Below are positions 46,974 through 56,154 of a DNA stretch of 64,000 nucleotides, one piece after another. The notes under the pieces are model-generated. The model did not search any database and was not told the origin of the DNA. It worked only from the letters and a program-made list of their open reading frames with translations. Source of the stretch: Eubacteriales bacterium (lineage in GTDB: Bacteria; Bacillota; Clostridia; Oscillospirales; CAG-272); contig JAZQGU010000042.1 in the NCBI GenBank assembly GCA_045540175.1, forward strand, positions 50,109-114,108, given 5' to 3'. Position numbers and translations under genes: made by a program. The first letter of the stretch is position 1; each line of letters opens with the position of its first letter.

Positions 46974-47452
46974 TTTTCCACCTCTTTGATTATTTTTTCC
47001 TTTGCTCTGTAATAGGTAACTCTTGCCCAGCTTTCGGTCTTTCCGTAGACACCGCCAATGTCCTTGTAGCTTTGCTCACCGAATACGCGGAGCGAAAATA
47101 CGCCTCGGTAGGGCTCGTCAAGATTTCTAAGTATCGTTCGGATACGGTTACATTCGTCTTTTCTTATTACAATCTCCTCGGGCGATGGCGACGCTTCGTT
47201 CAGCGTTTGCTCGGTCGGGAGATCGGTTATACGCTTTTTCCTTTTATACTCCTTAAAATAGGCGTTTTTGCCTATCTGACAGAGCCAGGTCACAAGAGAC
47301 GACCGTCTTTCGAAACGGTCGATATTCATCAGCGCGCGGTAGAAGGTCTCCTGCAAAAGCTCCGATGCAAGCTCCCCGTCACCGCTTAGAGAAAGAAGAA
47401 ACTTATAGACCGTTTCGCTATATTCTTTATACACTTCATGAAACTGTGCCAT
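46970..47452 (-). CDS. ECF-type RNA polymerase sigma-70 family factor
   Basis: 160 aa with region 2 (LLQETFYRAL) and region 4 (SYKDIGGVYGKTESWARVTYYRAKEKI). Confidence 0.9.
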   Translation of the reverse strand: MAQFHEVYKEYSETVYKFLLSLSGDGELASELLQETFYRALMNIDRFERRSSLVTWLCQIGKNAYFKEYKRKKRITDLPTEQTLNEASPSPEEIVIRKDECNRIRTILRNLDEPYRGVFSLRVFGEQSYKDIGGVYGKTESWARVTYYRAKEKIIKEVEK

Positions 47453-48413
47453 CGCGTATTCTTTCTCCTTTCCTTTCTCTTACGGCGTAAAGCTTACCGC
47501 TGAAGATAAATATTCTGTGTAAAAGATAGATCATCACCGCGCTCATTATGAATGAGACGGGTACATACAAGCTGTTTTCCGAATATCTGCGCAGCCATTC
47601 CACTATCGGACCGTGCAGGATATATATCATAAGAGTGTCTGCGCCTATTTTCGTTATCGTCAGGCGCTTATTGGGTGATAGATAATAAATGCCGAGGGTA
47701 ATTAAAATGCCTATTACATAGCAGAGGGCACGTAGGATCGCACCTTTAACACCAAGCTCTCCAAACGGGGTTGCGTGGTACATAAAGGATATTGGAATCG
47801 TATCCTTAAAAACAAAATACAGAACGAGTCCCGAGACAAGAAACACGCTCCCGCGCTTTATTCTGCCCTGCTCTTTTAGGTTTTTCGGCATCATTATACC
47901 GATCAGAAAATACGGCAGAAGTACGATGCCTCTCGACAGCGAAAGCGTTCGGTCGATCCCGTTCACGAGTCCGGCCGTAATTCCTGCAATGAGCGTGATA
48001 ATGAGAACCGAAACGGATATTATATTTTTTCGCTTAAAAAATGAGGACAAGTAATTATATCCCGCGCCGATAAGGCACCAATACGAAAGCGCCAAGAGAT
48101 ACCAGATATGCCAATACGGCGTTATGAGGTCGATTTTGCCAAGGTATACCGCCGTAAAGCATATATTTGCTATAGCGTATCTGATGATTGAGGATCTTGC
48201 CCCCTTTATACAGGACACGGTATTTTTCATATAGATTCCCGATATGAACGCAAACGCAGGCATATGAAAGGAATATATAAAGTGGTATATTTCATGCGCC
48301 GCCTTACTGCCGTAGATACAGGGGCGTATGAGGTGTGCAAGCACAACGAAATACAAAAGCATCAGCTTAAGATTGCAGACCGATGCGTCTCTTTGCTTTA
48401 CTTTTACTTCCAT
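47436..48413 (-). CDS. Acyltransferase-3 family membrane O-acyltransferase
   Basis: About 10 TM segments and an early conserved His (VVLAHL). ATG at 48413 after GGAGGA. The 3' end overlaps the sigma gene start by 17 nt. Confidence 0.8.
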   Translation of the reverse strand: MEVKVKQRDASVCNLKLMLLYFVVLAHLIRPCIYGSKAAHEIYHFIYSFHMPAFAFISGIYMKNTVSCIKGARSSIIRYAIANICFTAVYLGKIDLITPYWHIWYLLALSYWCLIGAGYNYLSSFFKRKNIISVSVLIITLIAGITAGLVNGIDRTLSLSRGIVLLPYFLIGIMMPKNLKEQGRIKRGSVFLVSGLVLYFVFKDTIPISFMYHATPFGELGVKGAILRALCYVIGILITLGIYYLSPNKRLTITKIGADTLMIYILHGPIVEWLRRYSENSLYVPVSFIMSAVMIYLLHRIFIFSGKLYAVRERKGERIRDGTVS

Positions 48414-48471
48414 CGTTTTTTCCTCCGACACCCGTTAGAGTCGGAAAAATGAAAAACGTTACAGATTTTAT

Positions 48472-48510
48472 CGAAAAAAACCGCACAAGCTATTTTTCAG
48501 CTTATGCGGT
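48472..48510 (-). terminator. Intrinsic terminator after TPM gene
   Basis: ACCGCATAAGCT/AGCTTGTGCGGT stem with one mismatch. On the minus strand it is followed by TTTTTTTCG. Confidence 0.7.
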
Positions 48511-48516
48511 CATTTT

Positions 48517-49251
48517 TCAGAATTTTCCGCCTCTTCCGCCTCCGCGCGAGCCGCCGCGTGAGCCGGAGCTCGTATCGGCACGCTTTACGCGGGTGATCGT
48601 GCGGTATAAGTACAGGTCGAGGTCCTTTGTCAGCATAAAGCTTCCCTGTCGGACGTAATTTGACGCCGTTCTTTGAGGACGGACGCTTTTGAGCTTACTT
48701 TTCATCGAATAGACAACGGCAAAAGACACTACCGCTCCTATAATAACGGCGATCAGCAGGCTTCCGAAAATATCAAACGAAAGCGCGCTGTCACACGCGT
48801 CGGCGTATGCCATAAAGCCGTCGTAAAACTCGTCGTCACCAAAATGAGGAAGCATTGCGTCCTCAAGCTCGTCAAGCTCGCTGTCTCCGAATTTATTCTC
48901 TGCTTCGCCATAGGTGTATATGTAATAATCTCTTGAGCTCATAGCAAGAAGCAAAAGGATTCCGCTTTTTTCTTTGCCGTAGCCTATACCGTTATTATGG
49001 TAATAGCCGTCGGCGTAGTAATACGGCGTTTTTGTTCCGAGGTCATCGATTATCACGATGACAAAGTGCATCTTATGCTCTTTGAAAAGTGCGATAAGCT
49101 TATTTGCTATTTGGTCTTCCTCGTAGTCTGACAGAACGTCTGCTTCGTCGACAACGGTATAAGGAGGCATTTCGGGGGATGCAAAGGAAATGATCGGCAT
49201 AATAAGCGACAAAATTATCGCAAATACCGTTATTATCAGTGATTTCTTCAT
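48517..49251 (-). CDS. TPM-domain (YgcG/YdjH-like) membrane protein with Gly/Arg-rich tail
   Basis: Signal/TM segment, TPM-like core (VVDEADVLSDYEEDQI...), a second TM helix, and a C-terminal SSGSRGGSRGGGRGGKF tail. Confidence 0.75.
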   Translation of the reverse strand: MKKSLIITVFAIILSLIMPIISFASPEMPPYTVVDEADVLSDYEEDQIANKLIALFKEHKMHFVIVIIDDLGTKTPYYYADGYYHNNGIGYGKEKSGILLLLAMSSRDYYIYTYGEAENKFGDSELDELEDAMLPHFGDDEFYDGFMAYADACDSALSFDIFGSLLIAVIIGAVVSFAVVYSMKSKLKSVRPQRTASNYVRQGSFMLTKDLDLYLYRTITRVKRADTSSGSRGGSRGGGRGGKF

Positions 49252-49264
49252 ATCCGCCACCGCC

Positions 49265-50347
49265 TCACATCAGCCACAACAGGTACAAAAGCGCCATTAC
49301 GGCGGCAGATATACCGGCAAACCAAAGGCTGAGATATGCAAAGAATGCCTTTTTATCCATTGGAAGATCACCGACGAATTTTCCCGTTTGACCGTTCATA
49401 GCAAAGACGTAATTTTTGCCTTTCCATTCGGTCGTCAAAAGCCACACGGGAAGAAGCGCGTAGCGTATCCTGCCCGATTTGGTCTTCACATAGGAGCGCT
49501 CGGGAACTACGGTAGCGTAGCCGACCGCCGTCGACATAAATGCGTTTTCCGTGCTTCTCTTTATGCGCTCGTTTGCTCTCGGCTGGCTTTGGTCCGACGT
49601 TACGTCGTATTTATCCGCAAGGAAGCCCGAGAGATACGCGGTCTTGAAGTCGACCGCTTCCGCGAAGTTATACGGCTCGATAGATTCCATCAAGGTATCG
49701 TCGAGCTTCTCCGAGCCGTCAACGGGGACGTTATCAAAGGATAGCATTCCCTCTCTGATAAGCGCGTAATGGCTCGTTTCGGTATACGTATAGTTACTGT
49801 CGCTCCAGAAACGCGTGCGTGTTGCGCGGTATCGAATCTTTGCGTCAGCATCTGTATCGAACAGCCAGAACGGCGCATATATACCCTTGACCTCATTTAT
49901 GCGGTTCTCATCCTTGAAGACCTTAGGAAGCAGCTTTTTGCCGCTCAAATGGCGCTTTAAGCCTTCTTTTGCTGCATTTTTATCGAGCTTAAAGGGAATG
50001 ACAAGGTCGGGCATAAGATCACCGCTCAGGTTTCCGACGAACACGACGGGGTTTCCGCAATATGGGCAAGAGGTTGCGGCGGTAACGTCCTCACAAACTA
50101 TTTCTCCGCCGCAGGAATTGCAGGAATAGACTGCCATTCCGTCGTCCTCGTTCCATTTATTGTCGCTCTCGGTTTTCCAGTCGAACTCGTCCTCTTTATC
50201 GTCAATACTGTCTTCCGCGAGGTTTTTTACGCTTTCAACGTCAAACTCTGTGTCGCAGTAGGGACATTTCATGTTCTGTCCCTCTGTATTAAACTCTAAT
50301 TTGCCGCCGCAGGACGGACATTTATATTCGAGAATTTCGTTTTCCAC
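49265..50347 (-). CDS. Double zinc-ribbon membrane protein (YdjG-like)
   Basis: CPSCG-x17-CPYC and CNSCG-x14-CPYCG ribbons, plus a C-terminal TM helix. GTG start after GGAG. Confidence 0.65.
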   Translation of the reverse strand: MENEILEYKCPSCGGKLEFNTEGQNMKCPYCDTEFDVESVKNLAEDSIDDKEDEFDWKTESDNKWNEDDGMAVYSCNSCGGEIVCEDVTAATSCPYCGNPVVFVGNLSGDLMPDLVIPFKLDKNAAKEGLKRHLSGKKLLPKVFKDENRINEVKGIYAPFWLFDTDADAKIRYRATRTRFWSDSNYTYTETSHYALIREGMLSFDNVPVDGSEKLDDTLMESIEPYNFAEAVDFKTAYLSGFLADKYDVTSDQSQPRANERIKRSTENAFMSTAVGYATVVPERSYVKTKSGRIRYALLPVWLLTTEWKGKNYVFAMNGQTGKFVGDLPMDKKAFFAYLSLWFAGISAAVMALLYLLWLM

Positions 50348-50363
50348 TTGTTACTCCGTGACG

Positions 50364-51662
50364 TCAGATCATATCGGATGAGTTAAAGGGGTCTCCGCAT
50401 TCGGGACAGAACTTGGGAGGATTTGATTTATCCTCAGGCTCCCAGCCGCACTTATTGCAACGGTAGGATGCTGACGGCTTCTTTGCTCCGCAGTTTGAGC
50501 AGAAATTGCCCTGATTTACGTTTCCGCAAGCACATTCCCAGCCGTTATCGGGCTTTTTTGAACCGCAATTTACGCAGAAGTTTCCGCTGTTTTCCTGTCC
50601 GCAGGTACATTTCCAGCCGTTTGCGGGAGTCGTCTTGGGGGCTGCTGCCTGCTGACTTTGACCCATTGCGAAAAGGTTGCCTGCGTTATTACCGCCCGCG
50701 TTCATCGCCATTCCCATACCGACAAAGCCGTTCATTGCGCCACCGTCGTTATTTGCCGCCGCCTTCATAGCGTCTGCCTGTGCGCCGACGAGAGTTGCCG
50801 CCGCCATAGTGGGATCGCGCATAATAGCAACGCGCTGTGCGTCCTGAATAAGCTTTTCCTCGTCCTCGGGAAGGGTTATCGGATTGAGAGCTATGCTCTT
50901 CACCTTAAGTCCGCGAAGGTCTGCCCATTTAGCGGAAAGGGCTTCGTTTATCGCATTTTCAAGCTCTGTAGTATATGCAACGATCTGATTCGGGCGTATA
51001 CCGAGAACCGAAAGCTTTGCAAGCGCGGGTGCAAGCGAGCTGATAAATTCCGTCTTAAGCTGTGTGTCGAGCTCACTTCTTCTGAATTCGCGCTCTACGT
51101 TTCCGCATACGTTCGTATAGAAAAGAAGCGGGTTTACGATGCAGTAGGAATAGATTCCCGAGCAACGGACGGACACATCGATATCAAGACCGATCTTATT
51201 GTCGACTACCCTGAAGGGAATCGGGTTCGGTGTTCCGAACTTATTATCATAAAGCTCCTTGGTGTTGAAATAGTAGACTCTCTGGTCCTTGGCGGTATCG
51301 CCGCCGAAGGTGAAACGTCTGCCTATAGTCTTGAAGGTATCAAGAATGCTCTGACCGAGATTACCGGCAAATATGCTCGGCTCGCTTGAGGTATCGTAGG
51401 TATACTGACCGGGCTCGGCACATACCTCAACCACCTTTCCCTGCTCGACGATCATCATGCACTGTCCGTCAGCAACAGCGATTCCCGAGCCGTTTGAAAT
51501 TACGTTATCGCTTCCCTTCTTATTTGAGGAGCGTCCGCTCGTCTTCTTCTGTCCCTTTACGACGAGAACGTCGCTTTCGAGCGCATCGCAATAGAAAAAC
51601 TCCTTCCACTGATCGGCAAGAGTGCTGCCGAGTGCGCCTATACCTGCTTTGATAAGTCCCAT
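50364..51662 (-). CDS. SPFH/band-7-like protein (YdjI-like) with triple C-terminal zinc-ribbon tail
   Basis: The N-terminal 330 aa resemble the YdjI ('virion core protein'-like) SPFH family. An A/G/M/N-rich linker follows. The C-terminus has three CxxC...CxxC units. Confidence 0.7.
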   Translation of the reverse strand: MGLIKAGIGALGSTLADQWKEFFYCDALESDVLVVKGQKKTSGRSSNKKGSDNVISNGSGIAVADGQCMMIVEQGKVVEVCAEPGQYTYDTSSEPSIFAGNLGQSILDTFKTIGRRFTFGGDTAKDQRVYYFNTKELYDNKFGTPNPIPFRVVDNKIGLDIDVSVRCSGIYSYCIVNPLLFYTNVCGNVEREFRRSELDTQLKTEFISSLAPALAKLSVLGIRPNQIVAYTTELENAINEALSAKWADLRGLKVKSIALNPITLPEDEEKLIQDAQRVAIMRDPTMAAATLVGAQADAMKAAANNDGGAMNGFVGMGMAMNAGGNNAGNLFAMGQSQQAAAPKTTPANGWKCTCGQENSGNFCVNCGSKKPDNGWECACGNVNQGNFCSNCGAKKPSASYRCNKCGWEPEDKSNPPKFCPECGDPFNSSDMI

Positions 51663-51707
51663 ATTATTTTCTCCTTTTCGGATTTATTTCGGTTGACCGT
51701 TTATTTT

Positions 51708-51736
51708 ATTATATCAAATACTTCATGCTTTTTCAA
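51708..51736 (-). promoter_or_regulatory. Candidate sigmaA promoter (TTGAAA-17-TATAAT, TG-extended) for SPFH operon
   Basis: Minus-strand hexamers at 51736-51731 and 51713-51708. Confidence 0.55.
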
Positions 51737-51879
51737 TGGCAATGTACGCTTTTTTAAATCAATTTCGGGCGCTGACGGGGGAAAATTATGGTTTTTTTGA
51801 TCTGTTTTGAATATTTTTGAGTCATTTCTACGATTTTTGATAAATTGCAAAAAACTTTATCGGCTTTTTTTCAAAATCT

Positions 51880-51909
51880 ATTTATTTTTTTATATATTTA
51901 TGATATAAT
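51880..51909 (+). promoter_or_regulatory. Candidate extended -10 promoter (TGATATAAT) for tdk operon
   Basis: TATAAT at 51904-51909 with an upstream TG. The -35 element is weak. Confidence 0.4.
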
Positions 51910-51939
51910 ATAATACTAAAAAGAATTTCGGAGGACGGC

Positions 51940-52521
51940 ATGGCTAAGCTCTATTTTAAGTACGGCGCGATGGGCTCATCAAAAACGGCACAGGCCCTTA
52001 TTACCAAATTTAATTACGAGGAGCGCTCGATGAAGGTTTGGCTTATCAAGCCCGCGATCGACAACCGCGACGGTGAGAGGATAATCCGTTCGAGAATAGG
52101 TCTGAGCGCCACCTGCGAGATAATTTTCGACGGCGAAAATATTTTTGACATTTTCGCATCAAGCCATTCCGACTGCGACGTTATCATCGCTGACGAGTGT
52201 CAGTTCTTCACAAGCGAGCACATTGATCAGCTTCGCAAGATAGTTGACGAGCTCAATATTCCCGTTATGTGCTTCGGTCTGCGTGCCGACTTTATGTGCA
52301 AGCTCTTTACGGGAAGCAAGCGTCTTTTTGAGCTTGCAGATTCGATATCAGAGATTAAGACGATCTGCTCCTGCGGTGCGAAGGCTACCGTAAACGCTCG
52401 TCTTGACGAGAATATGAACGTTGTCACCGAGGGCGCCCAGGTGCTTCTCGGCGGTAACGACCTTTATATAGCAATGTGCCACAAATGCTGGCAGGAAAAA
52501 ATCAGAAATCAAAACAAGTAA
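51940..52521 (+). CDS. tdk: Thymidine kinase
   Basis: GAMGSSKT P-loop, DECQFF, and a C-terminal C-x2-C...C-x2-C zinc site. Confidence 0.95.
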   Translation: MAKLYFKYGAMGSSKTAQALITKFNYEERSMKVWLIKPAIDNRDGERIIRSRIGLSATCEIIFDGENIFDIFASSHSDCDVIIADECQFFTSEHIDQLRKIVDELNIPVMCFGLRADFMCKLFTGSKRLFELADSISEIKTICSCGAKATVNARLDENMNVVTEGAQVLLGGNDLYIAMCHKCWQEKIRNQNK

Positions 52522-52543
52522 ACATACAAGCGAGGTAAAAACA

Positions 52544-53209
52544 ATGGAACTTTCAAAAATTCTTTCTAAATGCGATCATACTCTCCTCTCTCAGGGTGCT
52601 ACCTGGAATGAGATCAAGGCAATTTGCGACGACGGTATCAAATTCGGTACTGCGTCTGTATGTATTCCAGCTTCCTACGTTAAGCGTGCAAAGGAATACG
52701 TGGGCGACAAGCTTGCTATCTGCACCGTTATCGGCTTCCCGAACGGCTACTCGACTACCGCTACCAAGGTTTTTGAGTGCAAGGACGCACTTATGAACGG
52801 CGCTGACGAGATCGACACCGTTATCAATATAGGCGACCTCAAGGACTGCCGTTACGACGAAATTCTTAACGAGCTCAAGGCGCTTAAGGAAGCTTGCGGA
52901 GAGAAGATACTCAAGGTCATTATTGAGACCTGCCTTCTTACCGACGAGGAAAAGATCAAGATGTGTCAGATCGTAACCGAATCAGGCGCTGACTACATCA
53001 AGACCTCTACCGGATTCTCGACAGGCGGTGCTACCCGTGAGGATGTTAAGCTTTTCGCTGAAAACGTTGGCGAGGGCGTTAAGATCAAGGCTGCAGGCGG
53101 TATCGCTTCTCTTACCGACGCTGAGGATTTCATCAACCTCGGCGCAGACCGTCTCGGCACAAGCCGTATCGTGAAGATCGCAAAAAACGAGCAGCACAGC
53201 GGATATTAA
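52544..53209 (+). CDS. deoC: Deoxyribose-phosphate aldolase
   Basis: IDHTLL-type N-terminus (CDHTLL) and the Schiff-base lysine context DYIKTSTGF. Confidence 0.95.
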   Translation: MELSKILSKCDHTLLSQGATWNEIKAICDDGIKFGTASVCIPASYVKRAKEYVGDKLAICTVIGFPNGYSTTATKVFECKDALMNGADEIDTVINIGDLKDCRYDEILNELKALKEACGEKILKVIIETCLLTDEEKIKMCQIVTESGADYIKTSTGFSTGGATREDVKLFAENVGEGVKIKAAGGIASLTDAEDFINLGADRLGTSRIVKIAKNEQHSGY

Positions 53210-53233
53210 TTGAAAACACAGGAGAACAAAAAT

Positions 53234-53956
53234 ATGTCTAATAATCATACCCCTCATATTAAAGCTACCCCTGCGGATTTTGCAAAAACCGTTCTTATGC
53301 CGGGCGACCCGCTTCGTTCGAAGTTCGTTGCCGAGACATTCCTTGAAAATCCCGTACTCGTAAACAACGTGCGCGGTATTCAGGGCTACACGGGTACCTA
53401 CAAGGGCGTTCCCGTAAGCGTTATGGCAAGCGGTATGGGTATGCCGTCCATCGGTATATACTCCTACGAGCTTTACAATTTCTTCGGCGTTGAGAACATT
53501 ATCCGTATCGGCTCAGCAGGCGGTCTTGCCGAAAACGTACAGCTTCGTGATATTCTTATCGGAATGGGCGCTTGCACAAACTCTTCTTATCAGGAGCAGT
53601 ATAACCTCGGCGGAAACTTCGCTCCCATTGCAGACTTCGGGCTTCTCCGCAAGGCGGTAAACGAGGCGGAGGCGTTTGGAGTACGTTATCAGGTCGGTAA
53701 CCTTCTCTCCTCCGACGTCTTCTACAATGCGAATCCGTCCTTCAACGACGGCTGGCACCGCATGGGCGTTCTCGGCGTTGAAATGGAAGCTGCCGCCCTT
53801 TATATGAACGCGGCTTACGCGGGCAAAAAGGCACTCGCTATCTGCACCGTTTCCGATCACATCATAAGAGGCGAGGCACTTGACGCTGACGCGCGTCAGA
53901 GCACCTTTACCGACATGATGACTATTGCACTCAATATCGCGGCTTCCGAAAATTGA
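53234..53956 (+). CDS. deoD: Purine nucleoside phosphorylase, DeoD type
   Basis: TPHI.A...DFA..VLMPGDPLR, GMGMPSIGIYSYEL, VEMEAAALY. ATG at 53234 after AGGAG. Confidence 0.95.
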   Translation: MSNNHTPHIKATPADFAKTVLMPGDPLRSKFVAETFLENPVLVNNVRGIQGYTGTYKGVPVSVMASGMGMPSIGIYSYELYNFFGVENIIRIGSAGGLAENVQLRDILIGMGACTNSSYQEQYNLGGNFAPIADFGLLRKAVNEAEAFGVRYQVGNLLSSDVFYNANPSFNDGWHRMGVLGVEMEAAALYMNAAYAGKKALAICTVSDHIIRGEALDADARQSTFTDMMTIALNIAASEN

Positions 53957-53972
53957 TTTTTAGGGGTAATAT

Positions 53973-55214
53973 ATGCCTAAATACGAAGAAGTAAAAAAAG
54001 AAATTGCCGATCAGATCGAAAGAGCTAAAAGAGAGCACTGCTATCCCGGCACGGCGTTCCCCGATTCGGGAGCGATCCGCCGCCGTGACGTTGCGCGCGA
54101 CCGCGGAAGCGTTTGGCGCCCGACATTCGTTCACGACGTTGACAAGATAATGCATTGCCCTTACTACAACCGCTATTCCGATAAGACCCAGGTATTTTCT
54201 CTGACAAAAAACGACGATATTACAAGACGTGCTCTGCACGTTCAGCTCGTATCGCGCATTTCCCGCACCATCGGTGCGGCGCTTCACCTTAATCTTGACC
54301 TGATAGAAGCGATTTCCCTCGGTCACGATATAGGCCACACGCCCTTCGGTCACACGGGTGAGCATTATCTTGACGGGCTTTATAATTCTTACACGGGCCG
54401 TCATTTCTACCACAATATTCACTCTGTACGAGTTCTCGACGGAATATTCCCCTACAACATCAGTCTTCAGACGCTTAACGGCATTGCCGCGCACAACGGA
54501 GAAATTGAGGTTGAGGAATACCATCCGGTTCCAATATCGTCTTTTGACGAATTTGACAAGATGATCGAGCGTTGCTACTGCGATCCTGCGGCAGCCGCAG
54601 AGCTTATGCCCTGTACGCTTGAAGGAAGCGTAGTTCGTCTTGCCGATATTATTGCTTATCTCGGTAAAGACCGCCAGGACGCTATAATCCGTGCTAAGCT
54701 TGCAGACGAGAGCATGTTTATAAACGAGGAGATAGGCTCGATAAATTCCGAGATAATCAATAACCTCGTCGTAAACGTCATTGAAAGCAGCTACGGCAAG
54801 CCGTATATCAGTCTTGACGCAAAGCATTTCAAGGCATTAAGCAAATCTAAGATGGACAACTATGCCCGCATCTACAACCGCGCGGCGGCGCTTGCTCACC
54901 TTGATACTACAATCAAACCGATGATGGCGGAGATTTACGGACAGATGCTTGACGACCTCAAGAACGGCGTCAAGACCTCGCCGATCTTCACTCATCACAT
55001 TGACTACGTCAATGCAGTCTACTACAAGAAGCGCAAGATTCCTTACGAGAACAGCGAACCGAACCAGATCGTAGTTGACTACATTGCAAGTATGACTGAC
55101 AACTATTTTATCGAGCTTCACAATTACCTTTTCCCCGAAAGCGATCTGAAGGTCGAATATGCGGGCTACTTTGACGAGGAGCTTCGCGCAAGAGAGGAAA
55201 AGAAAAATGTTTGA
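53973..55214 (+). CDS. HD-domain dNTP triphosphohydrolase-like protein (dGTPase family)
   Basis: TRRALHVQLVS, LGHDIGHTPFGH and ADIIAYLGKD motifs. Confidence 0.8.
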   Translation: MPKYEEVKKEIADQIERAKREHCYPGTAFPDSGAIRRRDVARDRGSVWRPTFVHDVDKIMHCPYYNRYSDKTQVFSLTKNDDITRRALHVQLVSRISRTIGAALHLNLDLIEAISLGHDIGHTPFGHTGEHYLDGLYNSYTGRHFYHNIHSVRVLDGIFPYNISLQTLNGIAAHNGEIEVEEYHPVPISSFDEFDKMIERCYCDPAAAAELMPCTLEGSVVRLADIIAYLGKDRQDAIIRAKLADESMFINEEIGSINSEIINNLVVNVIESSYGKPYISLDAKHFKALSKSKMDNYARIYNRAAALAHLDTTIKPMMAEIYGQMLDDLKNGVKTSPIFTHHIDYVNAVYYKKRKIPYENSEPNQIVVDYIASMTDNYFIELHNYLFPESDLKVEYAGYFDEELRAREEKKNV

Positions 55215-56154
55215 TAAGATACTTGATTTAATTAAGAAATACCCCGTTATCGTTATTCACCGTCACAAGAATCCCGACGGTGACGCGCTCGGGAGCCAGA
55301 TCGGTCTTAAGCATATTATACGCGACAGTTTCCCTGACAAGACGGTTTATGCTGTCGGTGATATGACACCCAGATACGCTTTTATGGCTGACGAGCCGAT
55401 GGACGAGATCTCAGACGACGTTTACAGCGGCGCGCTCGCAATCGTCCTCGATACCTCTGCAAAAGCACTAATAAGCGACGAAAGATACACTCTCGCGCCC
55501 GAAAATGCGCGTTTTGACCATCACCTTTTCGTTGAAACGATATGTACCGAGGAGCACGTTGACACAAGTTTCGAAAGCTGTTGCGGTCTTATTGCTTCCT
55601 TTGCAAAGGAATGCTCTCTCACCGTCTCAGATACTGCCGCAAAGGCACTATACACGGGTATGGTCACTGATTCGGGACGCTTCCGTTATGATTCGACGAC
55701 CTCGCAGACCTTCGAGATGGCTTCTTTTCTTATGGAAAGAAAATTCGATACGAACGAGATCTTCAGAAATCTTTATACGGACGAGCTTTCGTCCATTCAG
55801 CTCCGTGCGTCCTTTACTCTTAAGATAAATATTGCAGAAAACGGAGTTGCCTACATATACACGACTCTCGACGAAGCAAAGAGCTACGGAGTTGACAATT
55901 TCACCATCTCGCGCGGAATGGTAAACACCATGGCGGAGATCAAGGGAATTGACCGTTGGGTCAATTTCACCGAAACGGATAGCGGTGTGCTTTGCGAGAT
56001 CCGTTCGTCAAAAATGAACATAAATCCCATTGCCGTTAAGTACGGCGGCGGAGGTCATAAGAAGGCAAGCGGTGCTACGCTCAAGGACAAAAATGAGGCG
56101 ATGGCGCTCCTTTCTGACCTTATTTCCCTATCGGAGGACAATAATGAAGCTTGA
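55207..56154 (+). CDS. nrnA: DHH/DHHA1 phosphoesterase, NrnA-like (paralog 1)
   Basis: HRHKNPDGDALGS, DHH (FDHH) and a C-terminal GGGHKKASG motif. Overlaps the previous gene by 8 nt. Confidence 0.8.
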   Translation: MFDKILDLIKKYPVIVIHRHKNPDGDALGSQIGLKHIIRDSFPDKTVYAVGDMTPRYAFMADEPMDEISDDVYSGALAIVLDTSAKALISDERYTLAPENARFDHHLFVETICTEEHVDTSFESCCGLIASFAKECSLTVSDTAAKALYTGMVTDSGRFRYDSTTSQTFEMASFLMERKFDTNEIFRNLYTDELSSIQLRASFTLKINIAENGVAYIYTTLDEAKSYGVDNFTISRGMVNTMAEIKGIDRWVNFTETDSGVLCEIRSSKMNINPIAVKYGGGGHKKASGATLKDKNEAMALLSDLISLSEDNNEA

